DNA from: an uncultured cyanobacterium
Lineage (GTDB): Bacteria > Cyanobacteriota > Cyanobacteriia > Cyanobacteriales > Cyanobacteriaceae
Direction of reading: 5' to 3'
Length of the DNA: 64,000 nt
Assembly: GCA_963749915.1 (NCBI GenBank)
Contig: CAVVOP010000027.1
Coordinates: 90,609-154,608, forward strand
The notes beneath the pieces were generated by a model. The model saw only the letters and a program-made list of their open reading frames with translations, made no database searches and was not told the DNA's origin. Of the stretch, positions 33,241 to 44,166 are shown piece by piece. Position 1 is the first letter of the stretch. Each line of letters opens with the position of its first letter. A program made the translations under genes and the position numbers.

Positions 33241-33765
33241 CTGACGTTACGCAATAAGAGAATTAATTGTTTTAGTGAGGTATCAGGTATCAGGTATTAG
33301 GTGTCAGGTGTCAGATGTCAAAATACAAGCAACTGACTATTTTTTCCGTTGACTCAGTTTTTCCTTTAGACTATGTAACATGCTGCCAATTTCATCACAT
33401 TTGTTTAATACTGTTTCTAATTCTTCATCTTTGAGATAGGCTAAACGTCCAACAATGATCAAATGAGTTTCTAATTCTTTAAGTGAACCATTGGCAATCG
33501 AGAGGTGACGAATATAATCACCTAAATAATTTCTGCCCTTTCCTTCTGCGATGTTGCTCCGAATTGAAACTGCCGCTCTTTGTATTTGACTAGTTAATCC
33601 ATAAATTTCAGTTTTGGGAAGTTTGGAAGTTAGTTGATAACATCTCACTACCAAATCCATTGATTTTTGCCAAACTTTCAAATCTCGATAACTTTTTACT
33701 TCAATCATTTTCAGAAAACCTAAAACCTGACAACTAAAACCTAACACATGAGTGCGTAACATCAG
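33241..33765. mobile_element. non-autonomous TIR element carrying a four-helix-bundle gene
   Basis: TIRs CTGACGTTACGCA and TGCGTAACATCAG (12/13 match); flanking TTAATAT direct repeat at 33234-33240 and 33766-33772. Confidence 0.75.
33337..33708 (-). CDS. four helix bundle protein (23S rRNA IVP / bAvd-like family)
   Basis: SYRDLKVWQKS, P..E.YGLTSQIQRAAVSI.SNIAEG, GSLKELET; probable start ATG at 33708. Confidence 0.9.
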   Translation of the reverse strand: MIEVKSYRDLKVWQKSMDLVVRCYQLTSKLPKTEIYGLTSQIQRAAVSIRSNIAEGKGRNYLGDYIRHLSIANGSLKELETHLIIVGRLAYLKDEELETVLNKCDEIGSMLHSLKEKLSQRKK

Positions 33766-33804
33766 TTAATATTTCTTTGTTAATTGTTAATTGTTAATGG
33801 CTAT

Positions 33805-34923
33805 TTATCTTCCTAGAGAAAGTTCTTCTTTTTTGCCCAAAATACCTTGGGGTCGAGAAATCATTAAAATCATTAAAATTAAACCAATAATCATTACTCT
33901 TAATGCGCCTAATTGAGAATCATTGATTATATCTGAATTGCTAAAGATAAATCTGGTCAATGAGTCGTATCCCCAAAATATAATCGATCCTAAAATTACT
34001 CCTGCATTGTTACCTGAACCGCCTAGAATCACTATTATCCAAGCATTAAATGTTAATAAAGGTTCAAAACTGGAAGGATAAATAGTTGTTAATTGCCAAC
34101 TATAAAATGCTCCAGCAATTCCAGCGATCGCACCTCCTAACATGAAGGATTGTAGCTTGTAAGAAAAGACGTTTTTACCCAATGCTTTAGGTATTTCTTC
34201 ATCTTCTCGAATAGCTTTTAACACCCTACCCCAAGGAGAATGAACGAGAAGATCTAAGCCATAATAAACTAAGGTTAAGGTAATTAAAATTAATAACATT
34301 AAGCCTGCTTTATAACTATAATTATATAAGGCAAGTATGCCGTTAACATAGATAATTAGAATTAAAATTAAGGTTAAACTACCAGAGAAATAAATATTAA
34401 AAATACTTGAAGGTTGATAACTTTTTCCTTGCATTTCTTGTCTTGATCGCAATTGTTGACGAATGTTTTTCTGTAATTGCCACAAAACAAAAATTCCTAA
34501 TAGGGAAAACACCACAATCATCATGATTTTACCTAAGGGATTCGGTTGAAAATTGCCAAAGGGTAATTGATAACCTTGTATTCCAAATGTGCCGTTGGTT
34601 AACCATTGTTCATTTTGTACGACTAGACGAATTAATTCGGAAACTCCGATAGTGACGATCGCCAAATAATCTTCTCGTAATTTCAAGGAAGTAAGACCGA
34701 TCAAAAACCCCAAAAAAGAGGCAAGAATAGCCCCAATTATTAGCGCCAAGAATAGAGGTACTTCTTTTTCTGCCAACAAAACAGTAGTGTAAGCCCCGAT
34801 AGTCATAAAAGCGACATGACCAAAATTAATTAATCCGGTGAAACCCCACTGTAAATTTAAACCCAAAGCAAATAAAGCATAAAGACTGGCGGAGATAGTC
34901 AAAAAAACCAGATATTCAACCAT
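33805..34923 (-). CDS. branched-chain/neutral amino acid ABC permease (LivM/NatC-like)
   Basis: LNLQWGFTGLINFGH, LREDYLAIVT, GRVLKAIREDE. Confidence 0.9.
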   Translation of the reverse strand: MVEYLVFLTISASLYALFALGLNLQWGFTGLINFGHVAFMTIGAYTTVLLAEKEVPLFLALIIGAILASFLGFLIGLTSLKLREDYLAIVTIGVSELIRLVVQNEQWLTNGTFGIQGYQLPFGNFQPNPLGKIMMIVVFSLLGIFVLWQLQKNIRQQLRSRQEMQGKSYQPSSIFNIYFSGSLTLILILIIYVNGILALYNYSYKAGLMLLILITLTLVYYGLDLLVHSPWGRVLKAIREDEEIPKALGKNVFSYKLQSFMLGGAIAGIAGAFYSWQLTTIYPSSFEPLLTFNAWIIVILGGSGNNAGVILGSIIFWGYDSLTRFIFSNSDIINDSQLGALRVMIIGLILMILMISRPQGILGKKEELSLGR

Positions 34924-35165
34924 TTAAACCTCAATACACTAAAAAAATTATTGATAATAACCCGTTCAGAGTATATCTTATCTTCCTTGTTGTCGGCTTA
35001 CTAGCGGTAGAGTTGGCAAATTATTAATTGCGATTAGAGATGATGGAGGGTAAGATTTTCAGGATACTATCCTACTTCGTTTAAGGTTTTACTATTCGCC
35101 ATAATTACTTATCCTTCTTGAGAAAAAAACTCAGAGGAAAATTGATAATTAATAATTAATAATTT

Positions 35166-35453
35166 TTAATGAACCTGATTATGTTCTGCTAAAATTTTCT
35201 CCACTTTGGCTTCTTCAAGTTTAGCAATAATTCGACTAGACTCATGAAGATCTCTTTGGGTTTTGGTGAGACTAACCGTTGAACCGATGGAGAAAAGTAG
35301 TCCCATTCCCATATAACCTTTAATCCAGATGTTAACAGGTAAATAAATTATACCAAGAGAAGTTGCACCAATCGAAAGGATAAAAGATAACCAAGTTTGA
35401 ATAACCCAAGCATTACTATGACTTTGATTAAAATTGTCTTTTCCCATGATCAA
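35166..35453 (-). CDS. YiaA/YiaB-type two-helix membrane protein
   Basis: Two TM segments; GYMGMG...TKT.RD.HE pattern. Confidence 0.75.
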   Translation of the reverse strand: MIMGKDNFNQSHSNAWVIQTWLSFILSIGATSLGIIYLPVNIWIKGYMGMGLLFSIGSTVSLTKTQRDLHESSRIIAKLEEAKVEKILAEHNQVH

Positions 35454-35631
35454 TAAATATACAAAATAAACTTTTTACTACGATTATAATAGTCAGTATT
35501 TTTATTTGGTTTAGGGAATAGACAGTTTATAAATTGGACGACTTTATTTGTCTATTTAGATGATTACTTACAGGACTTGTGCAAAAGACCAGATTAGGTT
35601 TTAAAAAACCAATATTCACATAGAGATAAAA

Positions 35632-36927
35632 TTATTCAAGATTCTTAATATATTGTATTCTGTAAATAACATTATTTGCTTCTTCGGTGAATAAAATACC
35701 ACCATCAGGCATGACTAATAATCCAACGGGTCTTCCCCAAGTAGAGGGAATGGAAGGATCTGTGAGAAAACCTGTCAAGAAGTCTTGATAATAGCCTTTT
35801 GGCTTACCTTTATCATCAAAAGGAATAAAGACTAACTTATATCCTGTACCCTCACTACGATTCCATGAACCTCGAAAAGCGACAAATGCACCATTTCGGT
35901 ATTTTTCGGGAAAAGTTTTACCCTTATAAAATTGTAATCCTAAAGGTGCTGAGTGGGATTCAATCAAAACATCGGGGATAATAGTCTGCCTAACCAATTC
36001 CGGTTTAATACTTTGACCTTCTTTCACATAACGAGGATCTAAAAATTCAGAGGATAAATAACTAAAAGGCCAGCCATAAAAACCTCCTTCTTGAACACGG
36101 GTAAAATAATCGGGTACTAAATCATCTCCTAAACCATCTCTTTCATTGACAGTGGTATATAATTCATTGGTGACAGGGTGAAAATCTAAACCGACAGGAT
36201 TACGCAATCCGAAGGCAAAGGTTTGTTGGTTATTACCTTCAAAATCCATTGTTTGAATTGAGGCACGAGGTAATTCTTCTATATCAGCATTAGAACGAGA
36301 ACCGATGGAAACATATAGTTTATTTTCTGTGGGAGAAACGACGACATTTCGAGTCCAATGTTGATGATAACCTCCCCCCGGAAGAGATGCGATGGAGATT
36401 CCCTGTCCTTGTAATCTAGTTTGCCCTTGAGGATAATCATAACGTTTGACAGCATCATGATTTCCCAGAAAAAAATAATCTTCAGTAAAAGCCATACCAA
36501 AGGGAATATTTAAACCGTTAGTTTGATCAGCAAAAATTGTACGCACATCGGCAACTCCATTATTATCGGTATCTTGTAATAAAGTAATGCGATTATTTCT
36601 AGTCTCTGTTACCAATACATCTCCATCAGGAGTTAAAGCCAACCAACGGGGATTGTTTAAACCTTCGGCATAAACATTTACTTGAAAACCAGGAGGTACA
36701 TTCAATATTCTTGGAGAGGGAATGGGTAAAATTTGTGGAGGTTGAGATGCGCTATCGGAGGCAAAAGGTTTGGGTAATGATTCCAGTTCAATCTTAATGG
36801 GTTCGGGGTTTAATATTTCCGTCGAAATCGGCGATATTTCCGCTGATTGGGACTCTGGTGGACTTGTTTTGATTGTACAAGAGACTATTATCAAAAAAAG
36901 TAAGAAAGATAAGTATTTTAGTTTCAT
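35632..36927 (-). CDS. PQQ-dependent sugar / sorbosone dehydrogenase family lipoprotein
   Basis: Lipobox-like IVSC; HHWTRN, GLRNPVG, HSAPLG, GSWNR, WGRPVG. Confidence 0.85.
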   Translation of the reverse strand: MKLKYLSFLLFLIIVSCTIKTSPPESQSAEISPISTEILNPEPIKIELESLPKPFASDSASQPPQILPIPSPRILNVPPGFQVNVYAEGLNNPRWLALTPDGDVLVTETRNNRITLLQDTDNNGVADVRTIFADQTNGLNIPFGMAFTEDYFFLGNHDAVKRYDYPQGQTRLQGQGISIASLPGGGYHQHWTRNVVVSPTENKLYVSIGSRSNADIEELPRASIQTMDFEGNNQQTFAFGLRNPVGLDFHPVTNELYTTVNERDGLGDDLVPDYFTRVQEGGFYGWPFSYLSSEFLDPRYVKEGQSIKPELVRQTIIPDVLIESHSAPLGLQFYKGKTFPEKYRNGAFVAFRGSWNRSEGTGYKLVFIPFDDKGKPKGYYQDFLTGFLTDPSIPSTWGRPVGLLVMPDGGILFTEEANNVIYRIQYIKNLE

Positions 36928-37014
36928 TGAATTTTTCTAATATGTCAAAATATCCGATTTATTTTCTGTTATATACTTATACTTTAAAAGTCTTAACATT
37001 TACTTCTAATCATT

Positions 37015-37833
37015 ATGTCTTCTTCTCAGTGGTTACGATTACTAAAAAATGTCGGTAATTGGCAAGGATCATTTACTGAATTTTCAGCCAATGGTGTTTT
37101 AATTAAAAATACCCCTACGGAGGTTAATTTAGAAGGTTTAAACGAGAATAAAACTATTAGATTGACGGTGGATCGTCTCGATAGTAATGATCCTCCTCAT
37201 GTTAACGAATTTACTTCTCTAAATCGTAATATTTTCCTATTTGAAGATGGACATTTTGCCAAAGGCACACAACAATTTAGTCCTTTTTCAATCTTTGGTG
37301 CTGAATTCGGCTTTTTTGCAAATGATCGCCGTTTACGCATGGTACAATTATTTGATAAAGAGAGTAACCTGGAACAAGTTACCTTAATTCGTGAATTTCG
37401 GGCTAATGGCAATGGTGTAGAGCGATCGCAGTTATCCATAGAGCAATTAGAGGGTCAATGGCAAGGAGAGGCTTTTACTTTATATCCTGATTGGCGCAAT
37501 ACAGAACCTTATTCTACTGATTTAATCATAAAAAAAGAAGGAGATCATGTAATTCAGACATTAAAAACTCCAGAATTAAACTTAACTTCTCAAGGAAAAA
37601 TTGATCATAATACTATTACTTTTTCCCGCAATAATACAGATATTAGACTTTTGTTATTACCCGATGGTGCATCATCTACAACACCCTTAAAAATCGAAAA
37701 TCGGCAATCTTTTTTTTTAGAATGTGCCTGGTTAATTGAACCTAATAAAAGATTGCGCTTAGTCCGACAATATGACGATAAAGGTGCTTGGGTTAATGTC
37801 TCTTTAGTCAAGGAAACTAAAATACTAATTTAA
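37015..37833 (+). CDS. DUF3598 family protein
   Basis: SQW..LLKNVG.WQGSFT, LIRE, LLPDG motifs. Confidence 0.8.
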   Translation: MSSSQWLRLLKNVGNWQGSFTEFSANGVLIKNTPTEVNLEGLNENKTIRLTVDRLDSNDPPHVNEFTSLNRNIFLFEDGHFAKGTQQFSPFSIFGAEFGFFANDRRLRMVQLFDKESNLEQVTLIREFRANGNGVERSQLSIEQLEGQWQGEAFTLYPDWRNTEPYSTDLIIKKEGDHVIQTLKTPELNLTSQGKIDHNTITFSRNNTDIRLLLLPDGASSTTPLKIENRQSFFLECAWLIEPNKRLRLVRQYDDKGAWVNVSLVKETKILI

Positions 37834-38084
37834 TAGAATAAAGCTATTACTGAGATCTTGCACCTTTGCTAAAAGCTCTAAAAATTTAGGTTTTAGGTTT
37901 TAGGTTAAGAAAAAAGAAGTAAATTCGAGTTATTGTGGGAAAAGTCCCCTTAATTCTTGTATATGATTTTAGTGTCAGAGAATTTGTTACAATAGTCCCA
38001 TCGAATACAAAGAAAACCATAAATTTTTTTTAGGGTAAAGATGGCAGCAAGTGGCTCTAAGAGAAAAAAATCTGTCTATCTTAA

Positions 38085-40313
<2,229 letters not shown>

Positions 40314-40552
40314 TCTCAGCGAAAAGGCTTTCGAGGGTGTCTAGAACAGCGATGAACTTTCTCTCGCAGTATTGGGGGTCAAAGTTCTTTTCGTGATGAT
40401 GAACGCTGCCGTCAAAAATATGGTATCTTTTGGGAAAAATATTCTGCTATTGTTCCTTATCGACTTGTTCCAGGTTTATGTTGGGATATCCCAACATAAG
40501 CATCATCTAGTTAAAGCCCTTTTTTACCATATAACAAAATCCATCTTGTATT

Positions 40553-41647
40553 ATGAAACGAGTAATAGTTATAGGAGCAGGACCAGCCGGTTCTGCAGCG
40601 GCAATGAGCCTCACAAAATTCTCAGATATCGAGGTAATTTTGCTTGATAAAGCTACTTTTCCTCGACGCAAAGTCTGCGGTAGTGGCCTCTCTCCCTGGA
40701 CTTTGCGTCTGCTTGATGAAATGGGAGTGGGTTCAATAATTCGCAAAGAAGCTTACCCTATTAAAGCAGGTATTATTGGTGGAACAGGGGGAACATCGGT
40801 TGAACTACGCAGCGATTATGAGGCGGCGGTACTATTACGCTCTCGATTGGATACTTTACTGGCTTATGAGGCAGATAAACGGGGTGCCAAACTAACTGAA
40901 GGTGTTCGCGTTCAAGAATTAATCTGGGACAATGAACGTTTGCTGGGGGCGAAAACTAATCAAGGAGAAATAGAGGCTGATGCCGTCATTGTTTGTAGTG
41001 GAGGGACAAGCAAGTTGGTTCAGGCTCAGCGTCACGGAAAAACTTTACGTGCCCTAATGGGATGGTACGAAGGTGTAACAGGTATTTCTGACGCTGTAGA
41101 AATCTACTTTGACCCCATGGTCAAACCCTACTATGGATGGGTGTTTCCCGAAGATAAAAATCGAGTCAATATCGGAATCTGTTACGATCCAGCCCTTGGT
41201 CACCTCAATGCAAAACAACGCTTTGAAGCCTTTATAGAAGGTCGTCTGGCTCTAAGGGTTAAATATGCCAGTCCTATTGATTATTTGATGGGACATCCCA
41301 TTGCCATTACCCACAAACCAACCGCACTGGTAGAGTCAGGAACTTTAATAGCTGGAGAGGCAGGCAATCTTGTAGATCCAGCAACGGCAGAAGGGATTCA
41401 TACTGCCCTTGCCAGCGGGATTATTGCTGGTGAATTTTTGGGTTCGCTTCTAGACCAGGGCGATTTACCCACTTTTGAGAATCTCTCACCCTATACGAAA
41501 TTAATTCAGCAAAAAATTGGCCCACGTCTAATGGCAGGTAATCTTTTTCGAGAAGTGGCGAAAACACCCATTTTGGATTTTGCTCTTCGTTTTGGTTCCT
41601 TTAAACCTGTAAAAAATGTTCTCAATTGGGCACTCACTGGTGCTTAG
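40553..41647 (+). CDS. geranylgeranyl reductase family FAD oxidoreductase
   Basis: GAGPAGS, DK..FPR.KVCG, YGWVFP, GEAG.LVDP...EGI. Confidence 0.85.
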   Translation: MKRVIVIGAGPAGSAAAMSLTKFSDIEVILLDKATFPRRKVCGSGLSPWTLRLLDEMGVGSIIRKEAYPIKAGIIGGTGGTSVELRSDYEAAVLLRSRLDTLLAYEADKRGAKLTEGVRVQELIWDNERLLGAKTNQGEIEADAVIVCSGGTSKLVQAQRHGKTLRALMGWYEGVTGISDAVEIYFDPMVKPYYGWVFPEDKNRVNIGICYDPALGHLNAKQRFEAFIEGRLALRVKYASPIDYLMGHPIAITHKPTALVESGTLIAGEAGNLVDPATAEGIHTALASGIIAGEFLGSLLDQGDLPTFENLSPYTKLIQQKIGPRLMAGNLFREVAKTPILDFALRFGSFKPVKNVLNWALTGA

Positions 41648-41737
41648 AGTATGCATCTGTTTTTATAATTTTGTCGCTCAATATGGACGCAAATACTACA
41701 AACTGTAAAATAATTTGAGATAAAGATTTTAAAATTT

Positions 41738-42754
41738 ATGAAAGTTCTAGTTACAGGTTCTTCCGGTCACTTAGGTGCAAATTTGGTGCGACGGCTACTA
41801 AAAGACGGGCACAGCATCCGCGTACTTCTACGGGAGGGCAATAATAACGCTGCGGTGGATGGGCTAGATGTGGAAAGAGTTTACGGTGACCTGCGGGATT
41901 TTTCTGGGACAAAATCAGCAGTCAGGGGATGCGATCGCATTTACCATTGTGCCGCCCAAGTTTCCACTTTGGATGGGGATCCCGTCTTTAGGCGAGAGAT
42001 TTACGAGTGCAATGTTTTAGGCACTATCCATATCCTCCAGGCCGCCTTGGAAACGGGTGTTGATAAAGTTGTGGTTTCTGGCTCGTTCAGTGCAGTGGGG
42101 CATAACCCTGAAAAACCTAGTAATGAAACAGTCCCTTTTTATCCTTTCTCGTCCCACTTACCTTACGGGTTTAGCAAAACTTTTGTCGAGCATGAGTGCC
42201 TCAAAGCCTTTGCCAATGGTCTGAATGTCGTTGTGGCTGTGTCCTGTGCTATTCTCGGTCCCCATGACTACAAACCGTCCCGTATGGGGCGCACACTTAT
42301 GGATTTTGCGAACAGTAAACTCACCGCCTACGTTCCTGGTGGTTTTGAGTTTGTTGCCGCTAGAGATATTGTCGAAGGACACATTCTGGCAATGTCCCAA
42401 GGACGACCTGGACAAAAATACATCTTTAGTAGCCAGTTTCTCACCGTTGATGAATTGATGGACATATTTGAGGACGTTACAGGTCGCGATCGCCCGCGTT
42501 TAAGAATTCCGGGGGCAGTGATGACGAGGATCGCAGGAGTTGCGGATTTTGTCTTACCCCGATTTTTCCCCAACATACCAAGACGCTTTACCTCCGGTGC
42601 TGTTCGTATCCTGCGGATGCATCGCCGTGCCGATATTAGTAAAGCTAAAAACGAGCTAGGATATCAACCAACCAATATTAAAGCTGGCATACAATCAGCC
42701 TATGATGATTTTCTTCGCAGAGGTTTAATTACGTCTGCGGGAAAAAATACTTAA
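41738..42754 (+). CDS. extended SDR (3beta-HSD/HpnA/SdmB-like NAD(P)-dependent reductase)
   Basis: TGSSGHLG, YHCAA, YGFSK (YxxxK). Confidence 0.85.
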   Translation: MKVLVTGSSGHLGANLVRRLLKDGHSIRVLLREGNNNAAVDGLDVERVYGDLRDFSGTKSAVRGCDRIYHCAAQVSTLDGDPVFRREIYECNVLGTIHILQAALETGVDKVVVSGSFSAVGHNPEKPSNETVPFYPFSSHLPYGFSKTFVEHECLKAFANGLNVVVAVSCAILGPHDYKPSRMGRTLMDFANSKLTAYVPGGFEFVAARDIVEGHILAMSQGRPGQKYIFSSQFLTVDELMDIFEDVTGRDRPRLRIPGAVMTRIAGVADFVLPRFFPNIPRRFTSGAVRILRMHRRADISKAKNELGYQPTNIKAGIQSAYDDFLRRGLITSAGKNT

Positions 42755-42785
42755 CTTACCCCAAACAAAACTTGAGCTAACTAAC

Positions 42786-44150
42786 ATGACCACCAGTGCA
42801 ATCAATGTCAAAAAAACACCTCCGGTTTTGCGAGGAGGCTTACCCTATCTAGGATATGCCCTAGAGTTACAGAGCAACCCCATTGATTTCCTGCAAAGAG
42901 GACAGAAGCAATTTGGGGAAATTTTCTCGTTTTTATTGGCGGGCTCTAAGGTAACATTTTTAACGGGGTCTAAAGCCAACGAAGCATTTTTTCGTGCCCC
43001 CGATGACCAATTTAGTCAAAAAGAGGCTTATCAATTCACTGTCCCGATTTTTGGTAGGGGAATTGCTTACGACACCACTCCTGATCGGATGAGCGAGCAG
43101 CTTGGCTTTGTCTTTCCCGCACTAAGGGAAGAACGGATGCAAGCCTATGCTGGATTTATGGCCACAGAAGCTCAAGCCTATTTTGACACTTGGGGAGAGT
43201 CAGGAGAAAGAGATCTGCTCACCGCTATGAATGAATTAACGGTGTTTATTGCTAGCCGTTGCCTGATTGGCCATGAGTTTCGACAGCACCTCAGCACAGA
43301 GTTTGCCCATTTGTATCACGACTTGGAACGCGGGATCAATCTGCTGGCTTTCTTTCAACCCTATCTACCCTTACCTTCTTTTCGGCGACGGGACAAAGCT
43401 CGCGTGCGGATGGTGGAACTTATTTCCCAAATTATTGCTAATCGAAGAGCCAGGGGTAGTGAGGGCGAGGATTTCTTGCAAGCCCTGATGAACGCTCGTT
43501 ATGCCGATAGTACAGCCCTGTCAGACGATGATATAACAGGCATATTACTGACACTACTGTTTGCTGGTCAACATACCAGTGCGGTGTTAGCTGCCTGGAC
43601 GGGTATTTTACTATTGCAGAACCCGCAGTATCTACCGGCGATTATGGCCGAACAACAGGCAGTTTTTGATGAGAGCCAAACCTTTTCCCTTGAAGCGTTA
43701 CGGCAACTGGTGGTTTTGGAGCGATCAATTAAAGAAGCAGAACGACTGCGACCACCTTTAATCATGCTGATGCGGAAAGTATTGCGTGACTTTGAATACA
43801 ATGGTTATCACGTCCCTGCGGGGGGGCTAGCAATGGTTTCTCCCGCCGTCTCTCACCGACTGCCTGAGTGCTTCCATCTTCCCCATAGCTATGATCCAGA
43901 TCGATTTACTCCTGAACGAGCAGAAGACAGCAAATCTCCTTACACACTGATCGGTTTTGGCGGTGGCAGACACCGCTGTATCGGCCAAGCATTTGCTTAC
44001 CAACAGGTTAAGGTAATTGGGACGGTGTTACTGCGACAGTTTGACCTGGAGTTAGTACATCAAAACTATGAGCCAGATTACACCACCTTTGTTGTGGGAC
44101 CGCGCCAACCTTGTCTAGTACGCTATAGACGTAAACATAAATCCTATTAA
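42786..44150 (+). CDS. cyp51: cytochrome P450, CYP51 (sterol 14alpha-demethylase)-like, soluble
   Basis: AYQFTVPIFGRGIAYD (B'/B-C region), FAGQHTS (I helix), EAERLRPP (K helix), FGGGRHRCIG (heme). Confidence 0.85.
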   Translation: MTTSAINVKKTPPVLRGGLPYLGYALELQSNPIDFLQRGQKQFGEIFSFLLAGSKVTFLTGSKANEAFFRAPDDQFSQKEAYQFTVPIFGRGIAYDTTPDRMSEQLGFVFPALREERMQAYAGFMATEAQAYFDTWGESGERDLLTAMNELTVFIASRCLIGHEFRQHLSTEFAHLYHDLERGINLLAFFQPYLPLPSFRRRDKARVRMVELISQIIANRRARGSEGEDFLQALMNARYADSTALSDDDITGILLTLLFAGQHTSAVLAAWTGILLLQNPQYLPAIMAEQQAVFDESQTFSLEALRQLVVLERSIKEAERLRPPLIMLMRKVLRDFEYNGYHVPAGGLAMVSPAVSHRLPECFHLPHSYDPDRFTPERAEDSKSPYTLIGFGGGRHRCIGQAFAYQQVKVIGTVLLRQFDLELVHQNYEPDYTTFVVGPRQPCLVRYRRKHKSY

Positions 44151-44166
44151 TTTTAACAATCAGATT

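Noticed and set aside
31678..33708. Diversity-generating retroelement (near-identical repeat pair close to a bAvd-like gene)
   Set aside because: No reverse transcriptase in the window, and the five differences are mixed transitions (G/A, T/C, C/T) rather than adenine-specific
40372..40647. 91-aa ORF or attC-like site after katG
   Set aside because: Overlaps the reductase start out of frame and has no motifs; the inverted GAACTTT/AAAGTTC lacks clear attC core sites and no integrase is present
41738..42754. Hopanoid (hpnA) cluster
   Set aside because: No shc or other hpn genes nearby; the neighbouring CYP51-signature P450 points to a sterol-type context instead
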